A stretch of 64,000 bases of DNA from Candidatus Bathyarchaeota archaeon (GCA_963720565.1 CAVRFW010000005.1:32001-96000); one strand, 5' to 3'; shown: positions 39,471 to 48,888, numbered from the stretch's first letter. The notes: generated from the sequence alone by a model not told the origin. Made by a program: numbers and translations.

Positions 39471-40052
39471 CTATTTCACTGTTACTTTGTGCTTTTTAGG
39501 CGCGGGTGCAATCGTCTTCTTTGGGATGCAAACTTCAAGTAATCCGTCCCTGAATGTGGATTCGGCCTTCTCAGGGATTACTTCTTCTGGGAACGACAGC
39601 TGTTTGTAAACATGCGAGTAAGTGCGTTCTCTGACAACAAAGTTCTTCCCCTTGTCTTCCTTTTCAACATCTGTTTCAGCCGAGATTTCGATACCATCCT
39701 TCGTCAGCGCCACGTCGATCTTGTCTTTTGCTACGCCAGGCAGCTCAGCATGCACTACAAACATTTTTCCCTCATCAACCAAATCTACAGTTGCCTCACG
39801 GACCGGAACAACAGGCTCAGCCCTAATCCAATCCCACGGAAAAGCTATACTTTGAGGAAAAGCTATGCTTTCAATGAAATTTCTGCGAAAATTATCCATC
39901 AAATCGTCAAAGGTCGTCAGAACATGAACTGCAGGGATATGCTTAGCAGGAATATGTTTAGCAGGAAGATGTTTTATAGGTTTTACTGCGATTTCAGTTT
40001 TTGTGACCGCCTTCACCGGCGTCTTTTTTTCTTCTTTACTCATTTTTTTCAC
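39471..40052 (-). CDS. Hsp20/alpha-crystallin small heat-shock protein
   Basis: AELPGV.KDKI, RER, F..GLLEV.IPK. Confidence 0.93.
   Translation of the reverse strand: MKKMSKEEKKTPVKAVTKTEIAVKPIKHLPAKHIPAKHIPAVHVLTTFDDLMDNFRRNFIESIAFPQSIAFPWDWIRAEPVVPVREATVDLVDEGKMFVVHAELPGVAKDKIDVALTKDGIEISAETDVEKEDKGKNFVVRERTYSHVYKQLSFPEEVIPEKAESTFRDGLLEVCIPKKTIAPAPKKHKVTVK
39930..39974. repeat. 3 x 15-bp in-frame tandem repeat in hsp20 (KHLPA-KHIPA-KHIPA)
   Basis: tgcagggatatgctt / agcaggaatatgttt / agcaggaagatgttt. Confidence 0.9.
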
Positions 40053-40261
40053 CTCAATTAATTTATTATTAGTATTCAGTCTTCCTTATTACGTCTGGAA
40101 AAGGAACTTTTTCAACGCCACATTCTGAAACGGGGGGACCTCAGCTATTAGCCCTCACGCGCTCATAGCCTTTAGGTGTTGAGGGCTGGCTGGCTTTCCC
40201 CTACTGCTTTTTCCCAAAGGGACTTAAAATGGAGTTATTTGGAGATAGCGGGGACGTGGGC

Positions 40262-40405
40262 TTACTCGTTTTTGGCAATCCATGTTTTTACTGCTTCTTC
40301 GACGGCTCGGGTTAAGTCGCCTTTTTTCCCGCTGAACCTCTCGATTGTTTTGAACCTGAGCTGTTTCTCCAGCTCGTCTGGAAGCTCCACGCATATACGA
40401 CCCAT
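40262..40405 (-). CDS. 47-aa ribbon-helix-helix-like protein, not in ORF track (MGRICVELPDELEKQLRFKTIERFSGKKGDLTRAVEEAVKTWIAKNE)
   Basis: Hand translation; GGTGA RBS; beta-strand then LPDEL helix and ..AVEEAV..W helix. Confidence 0.75.
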   Translation of the reverse strand: MGRICVELPDELEKQLRFKTIERFSGKKGDLTRAVEEAVKTWIAKNE

Positions 40406-40778
40406 TTTTGTTCACCGATTTTTATTTTATCAAGTTTTTTGTGCACGTTTCGACGTGTCAGATGTTTTTCCAATAAGCGAATTGCCAGATACTAATTTTC
40501 ATGTTTGTTTTTGTAATCATTTTTATTCACCTTATTCGCTTATCCACATAATACATAATGTGCATACTTGCTTATAAGGGTATTGATTTATATGTTTACG
40601 CGTGGCGCGTTTATTGGTTTCCCTACGAGTTTAAGGAACTGTTAGAAGAGATTTACCGGAATTATATGGAAAGGAAATAGGTAGCTTGCTTACTCTTAAG
40701 ATTTTCAATCAAAAAGGACTAAATACTAAAGTTGATAACAGCAGTTAACACAGGCAACCGGAAACAAGTGAGAAAAGA

Positions 40779-41015
40779 TTGACGAAAGAATGCAAATTTT
40801 GCGGATGCGAGTTAACTGAGGAAGAAATCGAAAAATACGGTTGTCTGTCAACCGAGGAAGAGGGCATAAAAATTGACACCCCTATATGCCCCGTTTGCGC
40901 TCTGACCAAAACCAAATTGGGCAAGGCAGTACCTGAAGAGGAACGCGAGAAATTCCTAGAAGAGTGGATACGCAGAAAGGTACCACATGAACCACGCGCT
41001 CCAGCCAGTGAGTAA
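40779..41015 (+). CDS. Small Zn-finger hypothetical protein
   Basis: CKFCG...CPVC. Confidence 0.7.
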   Translation: MTKECKFCGCELTEEEIEKYGCLSTEEEGIKIDTPICPVCALTKTKLGKAVPEEEREKFLEEWIRRKVPHEPRAPASE

Positions 41016-41113
41016 AATTTTTAAAGCGTGCGCGACATAGATAGTCGATTATTTCTTCAACGAACAAGACATAGGTAACAGTTAATCGCAAGTTTGAAGG
41101 GGGACTTTGACAA

Positions 41114-41209
41114 ATGGTTCACTGTTTATGCGGCAAAGACGCTAACGTGTTCGAGAGCGGCAAGACGGAATGTATTGATTGCTACTTGAAGCGGAAAAAA
41201 AGGCTGTAA
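41114..41209 (+). CDS. 31-aa CxC-x13-CxxC microprotein, copy 1 (MVHCLCGKDANVFESGKTECIDCYLKRKKRL)
   Basis: Hand translation; paralogs at 44532 and 56004; GAAGGGGG RBS-like. Confidence 0.8.
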   Translation: MVHCLCGKDANVFESGKTECIDCYLKRKKRL

Positions 41210-41338
41210 ACGCGGATAGCTGTCCCGAAATCAGTCGCTTGCGCGCGCGATTCTGTTCAGCTATTATGTTTTTGCGTTTTTCAATGGGACATAAGTGTTA
41301 AACGGCAAACTAACTTAATGCACATTGGAGGGAATAAT

Positions 41339-41791
41339 GTGTATGAAGAGTTCATTGATAAACTGAAAAAGCGAAAAGAAGAGCGTCAAGAAGACTACGA
41401 TCGACTCAAAGGTATGATAGCAGGATTTCGTTTAACCAATTTCAACCAAACAGAAGAGAGCTTAGTTTTAATTGTTGAGTACGCAATGAACAGTTTCAAA
41501 AATCATCAGGATTCTATTGACGCTCTCAAGGAAGCAACAATCTACTCATTTCAAAGACTTGAAACCTTAGAAAAAGAAATGAAACAGTTGAGAGCCACCT
41601 ATGGCATAAAAGGTGTCGCGCACGCTGAAGAGGCAGGAGGCAAAACGAATGAGGGTGCGGGACAATTGAACAGTGGAAAGAAGAATACAGGAGGGGCAAT
41701 CAAAATTAAGACCAAAACAAAAAACAAACCGAAAAACGAAACAAAAAGCAAAACAAAAAACAAAGGAAAAAAGACGTGGAAGCAGCAGTAA
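41339..41791 (+). CDS. Hypothetical coiled-coil protein with Lys-rich tail
   Basis: GTG after GGAGGG; KTKTKNKPKNETKSKTKNKGK tail. Confidence 0.65.
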   Translation: MYEEFIDKLKKRKEERQEDYDRLKGMIAGFRLTNFNQTEESLVLIVEYAMNSFKNHQDSIDALKEATIYSFQRLETLEKEMKQLRATYGIKGVAHAEEAGGKTNEGAGQLNSGKKNTGGAIKIKTKTKNKPKNETKSKTKNKGKKTWKQQ

Positions 41792-41985
41792 GAAGAATTA
41801 AAGAAAAATGAGCATAAAGAATAATTTCCTATGACAATATTCTCTGAAGACCTGATAGACCAAATCAAAGAACTGCTTGAAAGAGTGGCAGACCCACACA
41901 TAGTTAAAACAAGAGTTAAGTTCTATTCTTTCAAGGAGTTCCTTCAATAACAAGTTTATGTTGCCGTCTGCTCTCTAATTGTAGA

Positions 41986-42396
41986 GTGGTGATAAATGTG
42001 AACGCAAAGCAATTCTTCAGAATCGAAGTCAGCACAAGTTGGGGACATTTGATTAGGGAAAGGAAGACGCTGACTAAAGACGAAGAGAAAGTAAGAGAAG
42101 CAAGAAAGGCTTATCGTGATGGAATCAAAAAAGCATGGGACATTTACACCGAAGACAACATGATAGTAAAGGAAGCAAAGAAGACTCTTGACTCAGCAAT
42201 AGACGAAGCATACAAATCCTGCTTGCCCGAACATGGAGAGAGAATGGCACAAACAGAATATGAACAGGCAACCAAACTTTATTTCAAAACTTTATACAAA
42301 GTTCACCGCAAGTTTGCGGATACGATCGGACCAATTTGGGGTGTTTTCATGAAAGACATGGAGACTTCTCCAAGACTAACCAAGAAAAATACTTAG
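41986..42396 (+). CDS. Hypothetical helical protein (start uncertain)
   Basis: Long ORF only; no motif recognised. Confidence 0.55.
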   Translation: MVINVNAKQFFRIEVSTSWGHLIRERKTLTKDEEKVREARKAYRDGIKKAWDIYTEDNMIVKEAKKTLDSAIDEAYKSCLPEHGERMAQTEYEQATKLYFKTLYKVHRKFADTIGPIWGVFMKDMETSPRLTKKNT

Positions 42397-42651
42397 AAGC
42401 TAAACCAAAACCCTATTCATTCTCCACAGACTCATTGTGCAAGACCATGCGACTTTCAATGGGTATCCGAAAATATCACTCTAAACTATATAGTGGGGGA
42501 AAACCTTCCCCTCAAAATAATTTCGGGAAAAAAGGATTCGCGAATGACATCTCCACCTAGCTTGGAGTTCATATCCCAGCGCCCCTATTGATTGTCAGTT
42601 GCTTTCCGAGATGACAAGTCTAAAGTATGAAATTGCCCGATAGATGTTCTT

Positions 42652-43425
42652 ATGAAAGAAAGAACCAAAACATTACTGATTCTGGTTGTGCTTCTCATAT
42701 GCTCGTTTCTCCCTGTCTTTACGGCATCGCCTTTTCCCCAACAAGACAGCTCACTTGTCATCAAAGAAGTCCTAATGAAGACCTCAGTCGCATACCTGTG
42801 GCTCAGCCCGATCGTACATGTCATTACTGTGGTACTGTTTATCGTTCTTTACCTTTATGGATCCCGAGTAGGCAGAATTGCCGACGTCTTTTTCGCCATT
42901 CTGTTTTTGTTCATTGCCTTCAGCAATCATATCGCTGTCACTGACACTTATGGACTTGCGGTGGTAACAGGAAACCTGGTTCCAATACTAATCGTAGGGC
43001 TCCTCTGGATTTGGGAGGTTTACAGACCTCAGAACAATTATGCTTTCGAGAGGCTTCCAGCGTGGAGATACTGGGTCTTGCCCTTTGCCTTCTTGGCTTT
43101 CTGGTCTCCAATAAACGCACAGCTAAACCCTGATTTCAATCCGTTGTTGCTTCTAAACTCTTCCTTCGGTGTAATGTACTGTCCCACAACACCAGTCATA
43201 ATCGCCCTACTTACTCTACTCTACCCAAGAGTCAACACAATTGTCCTCAGAGCAACCAGTTTTGTGGGATTAATAATGGGTCTGTTCAATGTCATGTCGT
43301 ATTTCATAATGCCAGGATATACCCTGTGGAATCTGGTTCTTCACACGCCACTCATATTTATTTCCCTGTACGGCTTGCTGATCCCAACCTTAGCAAAGAC
43401 TAACCTCTCGCGGCACGCTCGATAA
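42652..43425 (+). CDS. Multi-pass membrane protein
   Basis: About 8 hydrophobic segments; MYCPTTP motif. Confidence 0.75.
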   Translation: MKERTKTLLILVVLLICSFLPVFTASPFPQQDSSLVIKEVLMKTSVAYLWLSPIVHVITVVLFIVLYLYGSRVGRIADVFFAILFLFIAFSNHIAVTDTYGLAVVTGNLVPILIVGLLWIWEVYRPQNNYAFERLPAWRYWVLPFAFLAFWSPINAQLNPDFNPLLLLNSSFGVMYCPTTPVIIALLTLLYPRVNTIVLRATSFVGLIMGLFNVMSYFIMPGYTLWNLVLHTPLIFISLYGLLIPTLAKTNLSRHAR

Positions 43426-43437
43426 CAGAAAGGGCGG

Positions 43438-43869
43438 TCATTTGGGCAAATCATTAGACTGTGCGCTCGTCTTCTTCTTGTTGTATGAGTACTGATAGTA
43501 CCCGTAGGAACTCATCATGACAAAGAAAGCAATCACAAGCATGCTTCCGTAGAGTCGCGACGTCAGGTATCCGTACCAGTTTAGTCCTATGCTGCCAATG
43601 AAGAGAAGTAACAGGTAGATGATGAGACCTGGCGGCCAGCGTTTGGGGTGATGAAGGGGTTTCTTTCTAGTTATCAATCTGTACCAGAGGTCGTAGACCA
43701 AGTAGATGATTATTGGCAGTTCAGCTAGCAAGCGTCCAGAGTCGTTGCCAAAGAGTAAGTTCAATATCCAAAGCAAAGCAAAAGGAATCAGCTGGGCACT
43801 AAATGCGATTCTCAACTTGAGCTCAAACTTCGAGAGTTCACGAGCACGCAGAAGATACACAACAAACAA
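43438..43869 (-). CDS. Membrane protein (5' end uncertain)
   Basis: 4-5 hydrophobic segments. Confidence 0.65.
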   Translation of the reverse strand: MFVVYLLRARELSKFELKLRIAFSAQLIPFALLWILNLLFGNDSGRLLAELPIIIYLVYDLWYRLITRKKPLHHPKRWPPGLIIYLLLLFIGSIGLNWYGYLTSRLYGSMLVIAFFVMMSSYGYYQYSYNKKKTSAQSNDLPK

Positions 43870-43989
43870 GAAGGCATAGAAGACCAGTGCGAAGAAAACT
43901 ACAAGGTTGTCTAGCGCGCGGTCGTCATTGTGTGCAAGTTGGAGCTACGCCTATTAGTGAGTGTGTTAGTGTGTGTTGCGGTGATTGGA

Positions 43990-44406
43990 ATGAGGGCTGG
44001 TTTGCTCCTATGTAGATATGAGAATGCAGAGGATTATTCTGTTGGCAGGCGGTTTCGCTTTGCTGTTGTTGATTTGGACAAAGGTAAGAATTATCCATTG
44101 AATTTTGTTTGTATGTTGCCGACGAAAATAGAAGCTGCTGGTAAGTCGCAAAGTGTCTTTCTGCAGATATTTGGAGACAAGAGCGTGGAGCAGGCTAGGG
44201 TATTGTTGACTGGGGCTTTGGAGACCGAGAGTGATCCTGAGGTTAAAGCGGAGATTGAAAGAAGGTTGAAGCTGCTTGAAGTTAAACCAATCAGTTAAAT
44301 CGAATGTAGCGCTTGCAGAAAATTGTTTCAGCTTGGGCGAGTGAGAGGGTTTAAGCAGAAATTCTGTCAAGAGTGTGTGAAGGAAAAGTTCGGCAGTCGT
44401 GAATGA
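43990..44406 (+). pseudogene. Hypothetical protein with C-terminal Zn finger cut off by in-frame TAA (44296-44298)
   Basis: Same frame continues IECSACRKLF...KFCQECVKEKFGSRE*. Confidence 0.65.
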
Positions 44407-44531
44407 GAAAACCCTCTAACGCGCCAGAAAGCACATAGTAAAATTGTGGCCAAACCCTTGAAGACTTGGCTTTCGACATATGACAACACACACAAGATGA
44501 TTTAAAATGAGGCATTCAAGAACGTCCTATT

Positions 44532-44627
44532 ATGAACGAGAAGTGTAGTTGTGGTTCTTTCCCGAATGTTTGGGAAAACGGAAAACGCGAATGTTCAGAT
44601 TGCTATTTGAAGCGAATTAAAGGGTAG
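44532..44627 (+). CDS. 31-aa CxC-x13-CxxC microprotein, copy 2 (MNEKCSCGSFPNVWENGKRECSDCYLKRIKG)
   Basis: Hand translation; TTTAAAA at 44501 suits a leaderless transcript. Confidence 0.75.
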   Translation: MNEKCSCGSFPNVWENGKRECSDCYLKRIKG

Positions 44628-45266
44628 AATCTGAAAAGGGTTGTTCGGGGATTCTGAACCGTTTCGAGTGTGTAAGAGAGTTTTGTAATCCGTGTTTTAG
44701 ATTGCGGTTTGTTTCGGCGTTGAAAAATCATTAATATCGGTTTTAGTCCAACCAGAGAGGCTTCGAGATGGAATGGAGAGTTTTAAACGAAGAATTAGTT
44801 GACTTTCTATCGTGCAAAAGAAAAAGGCGACTCGAAGTCAGGAGCGTCAGGCTTTTGGAAAAGCTAAGGAAATAGCGCGCGGTTACACGTTACCTAGAAA
44901 AACATCCTGTTGATGCGTCAGGTTTGATTCATGTCGGAATGATACGCCTTGAAGTTGAAGCATACAAACCATTCTCAAAAAGCACGCGTGAAGAAACTCG
45001 ATAAACCTAAAGAAACAACGTATAATCGCCAATTTTTGGATTTATGCCAGAAATGGGAAAAAAGGAGAAAAGGGCTGCGGAGAAAACATTATGCTGGCGA
45101 TATCACCCAAGAATGGTCGGTCCGTACTAGACTACAGGCCCCCATACTTTGAGAAGAAATAACTTGTGCTAAAGGATTTAAGGCTTGTTTATTGCGCGCT
45201 TGATGAGGTTATCTGATTTGCCTTCAGTCATCAGAGGTAACTTGAAAGCATCTTTCTGGCAGCATG

Positions 45267-46424
45267 CTATGGAACATAGGCTGAGTTGTTCCAGAAAATG
45301 TATTTGCTGTAGGTGGCGTCTAATGCCAATCCATCATCATATATTATGTCGAGATTGTTCGGGTATTGATCCATCCAATAGTCTAAGCTCGTGCATATTT
45401 CAAGCGAAAACGCATCTGCTTCCCATAACCCCCAGATCCTATCAGTGGGTCCTCTGAGACCGTACCCGTAGTCTTTCGGAAGGACAAAAGCAACCCTATC
45501 ACTGCTTCTCATGCTTCGGTCAGGATTGGCTTCTATGTACCGCCAGAACCGCTTCAAAGCATCAAAGTGTTCCTGTTGGAGAGTGCCATCCGTGTAGTCT
45601 TCATTGCTGTCAAAGACCAAAACGTACTTCGCGCCGCTATCATACGCCATGACAAGGTTCTCGTAGAGATGCTCGCCCGACGAGAGGTATGGAGGTTCGG
45701 TGTATTTCCAAGTTATCATAACACCCCACTCCCTGTTTTGAATTGTGGCTGCTCCCCTGCAGGCAGCTACATTTAACCTTCTGCTATAGTTAAGCGCGAA
45801 TTCTGCGAAGACAACATCATAGCCTGCTCTATAATCGAACCAGTAAAGGGCATAATCAGATGTGAAAGCTTGAACGCCTTCAATCTCGGTCGCATTCGAA
45901 GTAGAGCTCTCCAGCATTTTTTCCAAGTGAGCAACGAACTGGATGCTCGCGTCCGTATAGTTGTCTGCTTCGCGGACGATTCTATATGTCCATAAGTCCA
46001 GGTTCTTCCCGCCGACCTCGTCAAAAACATACAAACCCAAAAAACGGTCGCCCCATTTCACTTTCGCGTTTTCTATCCATTGTCTCGAAGGCTGAGTGGG
46101 AGGATCATGATCATCTGTGAACACGATAAACGATAATCCTTTATCATAAACGTACTGACAAAGGTCAACGAGTTTTGTCTCATTAAAAGTTATGCCAGTG
46201 CTGCCTATAACGAACAGGTTCGTGTATGAACTGACCTCGTCAATCAAAGCCTTAATCTCGACGACGTCATCGTAAGCCGCATCGATTCCAACGTAAAAAT
46301 CTGTGGACCGGTTTGGTCTTGGCTTTTCAGAGGCTAAAAAGAAATTCGCCACGAGAAGAGAAACAATTAGCAAAGATGACAGAAGAAGCAGGAAGTATCT
46401 GGGTTTCATTTGCACCTTAAACAA
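45267..46424 (-). CDS. Secreted/membrane-anchored hypothetical protein, possibly TIM-barrel glycoside-hydrolase-like
   Basis: N-terminal TM; GLYVFDE, FTSDYALYWFDY, WGVMITW; functional guess is weak. Confidence 0.7.
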   Translation of the reverse strand: MFKVQMKPRYFLLLLSSLLIVSLLVANFFLASEKPRPNRSTDFYVGIDAAYDDVVEIKALIDEVSSYTNLFVIGSTGITFNETKLVDLCQYVYDKGLSFIVFTDDHDPPTQPSRQWIENAKVKWGDRFLGLYVFDEVGGKNLDLWTYRIVREADNYTDASIQFVAHLEKMLESSTSNATEIEGVQAFTSDYALYWFDYRAGYDVVFAEFALNYSRRLNVAACRGAATIQNREWGVMITWKYTEPPYLSSGEHLYENLVMAYDSGAKYVLVFDSNEDYTDGTLQQEHFDALKRFWRYIEANPDRSMRSSDRVAFVLPKDYGYGLRGPTDRIWGLWEADAFSLEICTSLDYWMDQYPNNLDIIYDDGLALDATYSKYIFWNNSAYVP

Positions 46425-46527
46425 TAAGCAAGTCTAAAATAAGGATTTTCCACATTCCTCGTTTAATTCAAAGTACTATTAGTGCACTTTCGCCTTGGAG
46501 TGCCAGAGAAGTACTGAAGGTTTGTGG

Positions 46528-46704
46528 CTACTTGAGGTTTGTTCCGCAGTTGGGACATTTAAGGTAGTCTGTCTTAACTTCCTTAAGCAAATCAGCGCCA
46601 CAGTAAAAACATATGCAAACCTTGCATCTTGGACAGAAGTAGTTGGCGCTTTGGATGGTTTTGTTGCAGACTATGCAAGGTTTGCCCACACATTCATTCG
46701 ACAT
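46528..46704 (-). CDS. 58-aa Cys-rich RING-like protein
   Basis: CIVC-x10-CPRC-x4-CFYC-x14-CPNC. Confidence 0.75.
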   Translation of the reverse strand: MSNECVGKPCIVCNKTIQSANYFCPRCKVCICFYCGADLLKEVKTDYLKCPNCGTNLK

Positions 46705-46966
46705 TCTTGAATAGCTCGCTGATAGAAATGGCTTAACACAGCTAATAAGTCTTGAAGAGACAGCATACGCCACAGCGGCAGAAGCAGCGCGTCGCAACTA
46801 ACTACTTTCCTGAGAATTTTCGTCAAAAATAGGATACAGAGTTTCCGAATTTTTTAACTAAACTGCCTTTGCGCGGAAAAAATCCAATGAAGAGGAATAA
46901 TCCACAAACGTTAAATTCACAGCATTGGTAACTTTAACAAATTTCATTGCCAACAGAGCTGATACC

Positions 46967-48888
46967 ATGAAAGTAATCTCTAAAGAAGACTTCAAGGATT
47001 TTGTGAATGCGTTAATCAAAGATGATTCTAGGCACGTCATTGGGGTGAAAGCTCGGGGAAACAAATTCGCCTTCGGCACACTGGAGTCAGCGGATGAGCT
47101 TCGACTTGACTACGACGTTACGCTATTGCCTCCGAAGAAATACTTCTTTCCCCAACGTGAAACGCTTTTCACCTATGATCTTGCAGATGGTTTTTCAGCG
47201 AAAAACCCTGAAGACGCTAAACCCATGTTGATAATAGGTGTTCACCCTTATGACATTGTTGCCCTGCTTCACATGGATGAAATATTCAGGGATACAAAAT
47301 CTGATCCGTACTACTTCAAGAAAAGAGAGATCATCCATCATAATTGGTGTAAACATTCAGAAAATGTCCAAATGGAATTTCTCTTCCTTCATGGGCTGCA
47401 GCGTTATCGACTATGGTTATGACCTCATGCTTACTGATTTAGGCAATAGATACGGAATCAACGTTGGCTCTTCAAAAGGAGAAGCACTTCTACTGAAGTA
47501 CGCAAAAAACATCATGCCGGCGTTGGCACGTGATATCCAAATCGCAGGGCAGAAGAAACAAGAAGTATGGAAGATGGTCCAGCAGAAACTGGATTTTCCA
47601 GCTGAACTGATCCCAGAGTTGCTGGGAGCAAGCTACTCAAGAAGCGGATTCTGGGAGAGCCATTCCGAGAAATGCTTAGCTTGCGGATCTTGCGTGCTGG
47701 TTTGCCCAACGTGCTACTGCTTCGACGTGAAAGATAATCCAGATTTGACCTTGGAGCAGGGTGAAAGAATCAGGACTTGGGATGGTTGCCTGCTCGAAGA
47801 TTTCGCCAAAATAGCTTCAGGAGAAAATTTCCGTGCGACCAGACCAACCCGTTATCGCCACCGTTACTTCAAGAAGGGAAAATACCTGTTCGACAGGTTC
47901 GGCTTCGTCTCTTGCGTAGGATGCGGAAGATGCTCCTCGAACTGTCTTCCAGACATTGCAAACCCCGTTAACTTGTTCAACGACATGTACCATGAAAGCC
48001 AAAACAGCGGAATGCAAATGCCCTCTTCAGCCACCCAGCCAGACGTAAGCATCAGCACCGAAGGAAACATTGACTACGTACCCGAACTCGGAACCATAAT
48101 AAAGAAAGTGCCAATGACGGCCTACGAAACCTTGTTCGAGATTAGACTGGACGATGGTTCAGAGCTTGGACACAAACCAGGACAATTTGTTGAAGTTTCA
48201 GTCTTCGGCATTGGCGAAGCACCCATATCAATTTCATCGTCCCCAACAAAAAAGAAAACGTTTGAACTCTGTGTGCGGAAACTGGGAAACGTCACAACGA
48301 GAATGCATAATCTGAATGTTGGAGCCAAAGTTGGAATAAGAGGCCCGTTTGGCAACGGTTTCGACGTTGAATCCCTGAAAGGAAAAGACCTGCTATTCGT
48401 AGCAGGCGGTTTGGGGATAGCCCCACTAAGATCCCTGTTCAATTTTGTGTTAGACAGAAGAAAGGACTATGGACGTGTCACTCTTCTCTATGGCTGCAAA
48501 GAGCCAAAAGAAATGCTTTTCGGGGAAGAACTTGCCCTGCTCAGCTTCAAGAGATGATGTTGAATTCAAATCCACAGTAAACTGGTGCCCAGAAAACGAG
48601 TTGTGGTCAGGCAACATAGGCGTAATTACAACGCTCATTCCGCTAGTCGAATTTGACCCCGAAAAGACTACCGCGATACTGTGCGGTCCACCTGTAATGT
48701 ACAAATTCGTCATTGCAGAACTAAAGAACCGAAATGTGCCGGACGAGAACATCATCATGTCCCTCGAACGGAGAATGAAATGTGGTGTAGGCAAATGCGG
48801 GCACTGCCAAATCAACCAAATCTATGTCTGCAAGGATGGCCCCGTTTTCAACTATTCCAAGATTAAAGGCGTTCCGGAGGCGCTGTAA
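46967..48888 (+). CDS. Group 3b hydrogenase/sulfhydrogenase beta-gamma fusion; frameshifts near 47331 and 48543
   Basis: LPPKKYFFP; CLACGSC..VCPTCYC; CVGCGRC...C; PGQF, GEAPIS, GPFGNGF, AGGLG.APL, CGPPVM, MKCGVGKCGHC..C.DGPVF. Confidence 0.9.

Noticed and set aside
44296..44298. Selenocysteine/pyrrolysine readthrough
   Set aside because: Codon is TAA, not TGA or TAG
44768..45152. Short basic ORFs at 44768 and 44949
   Set aside because: No motif, paralog or convincing RBS
16360..48550. Programmed frameshifting as the cause of split genes
   Set aside because: No common slippery motif; unrelated genes; single-base insertions fit sequencing error better
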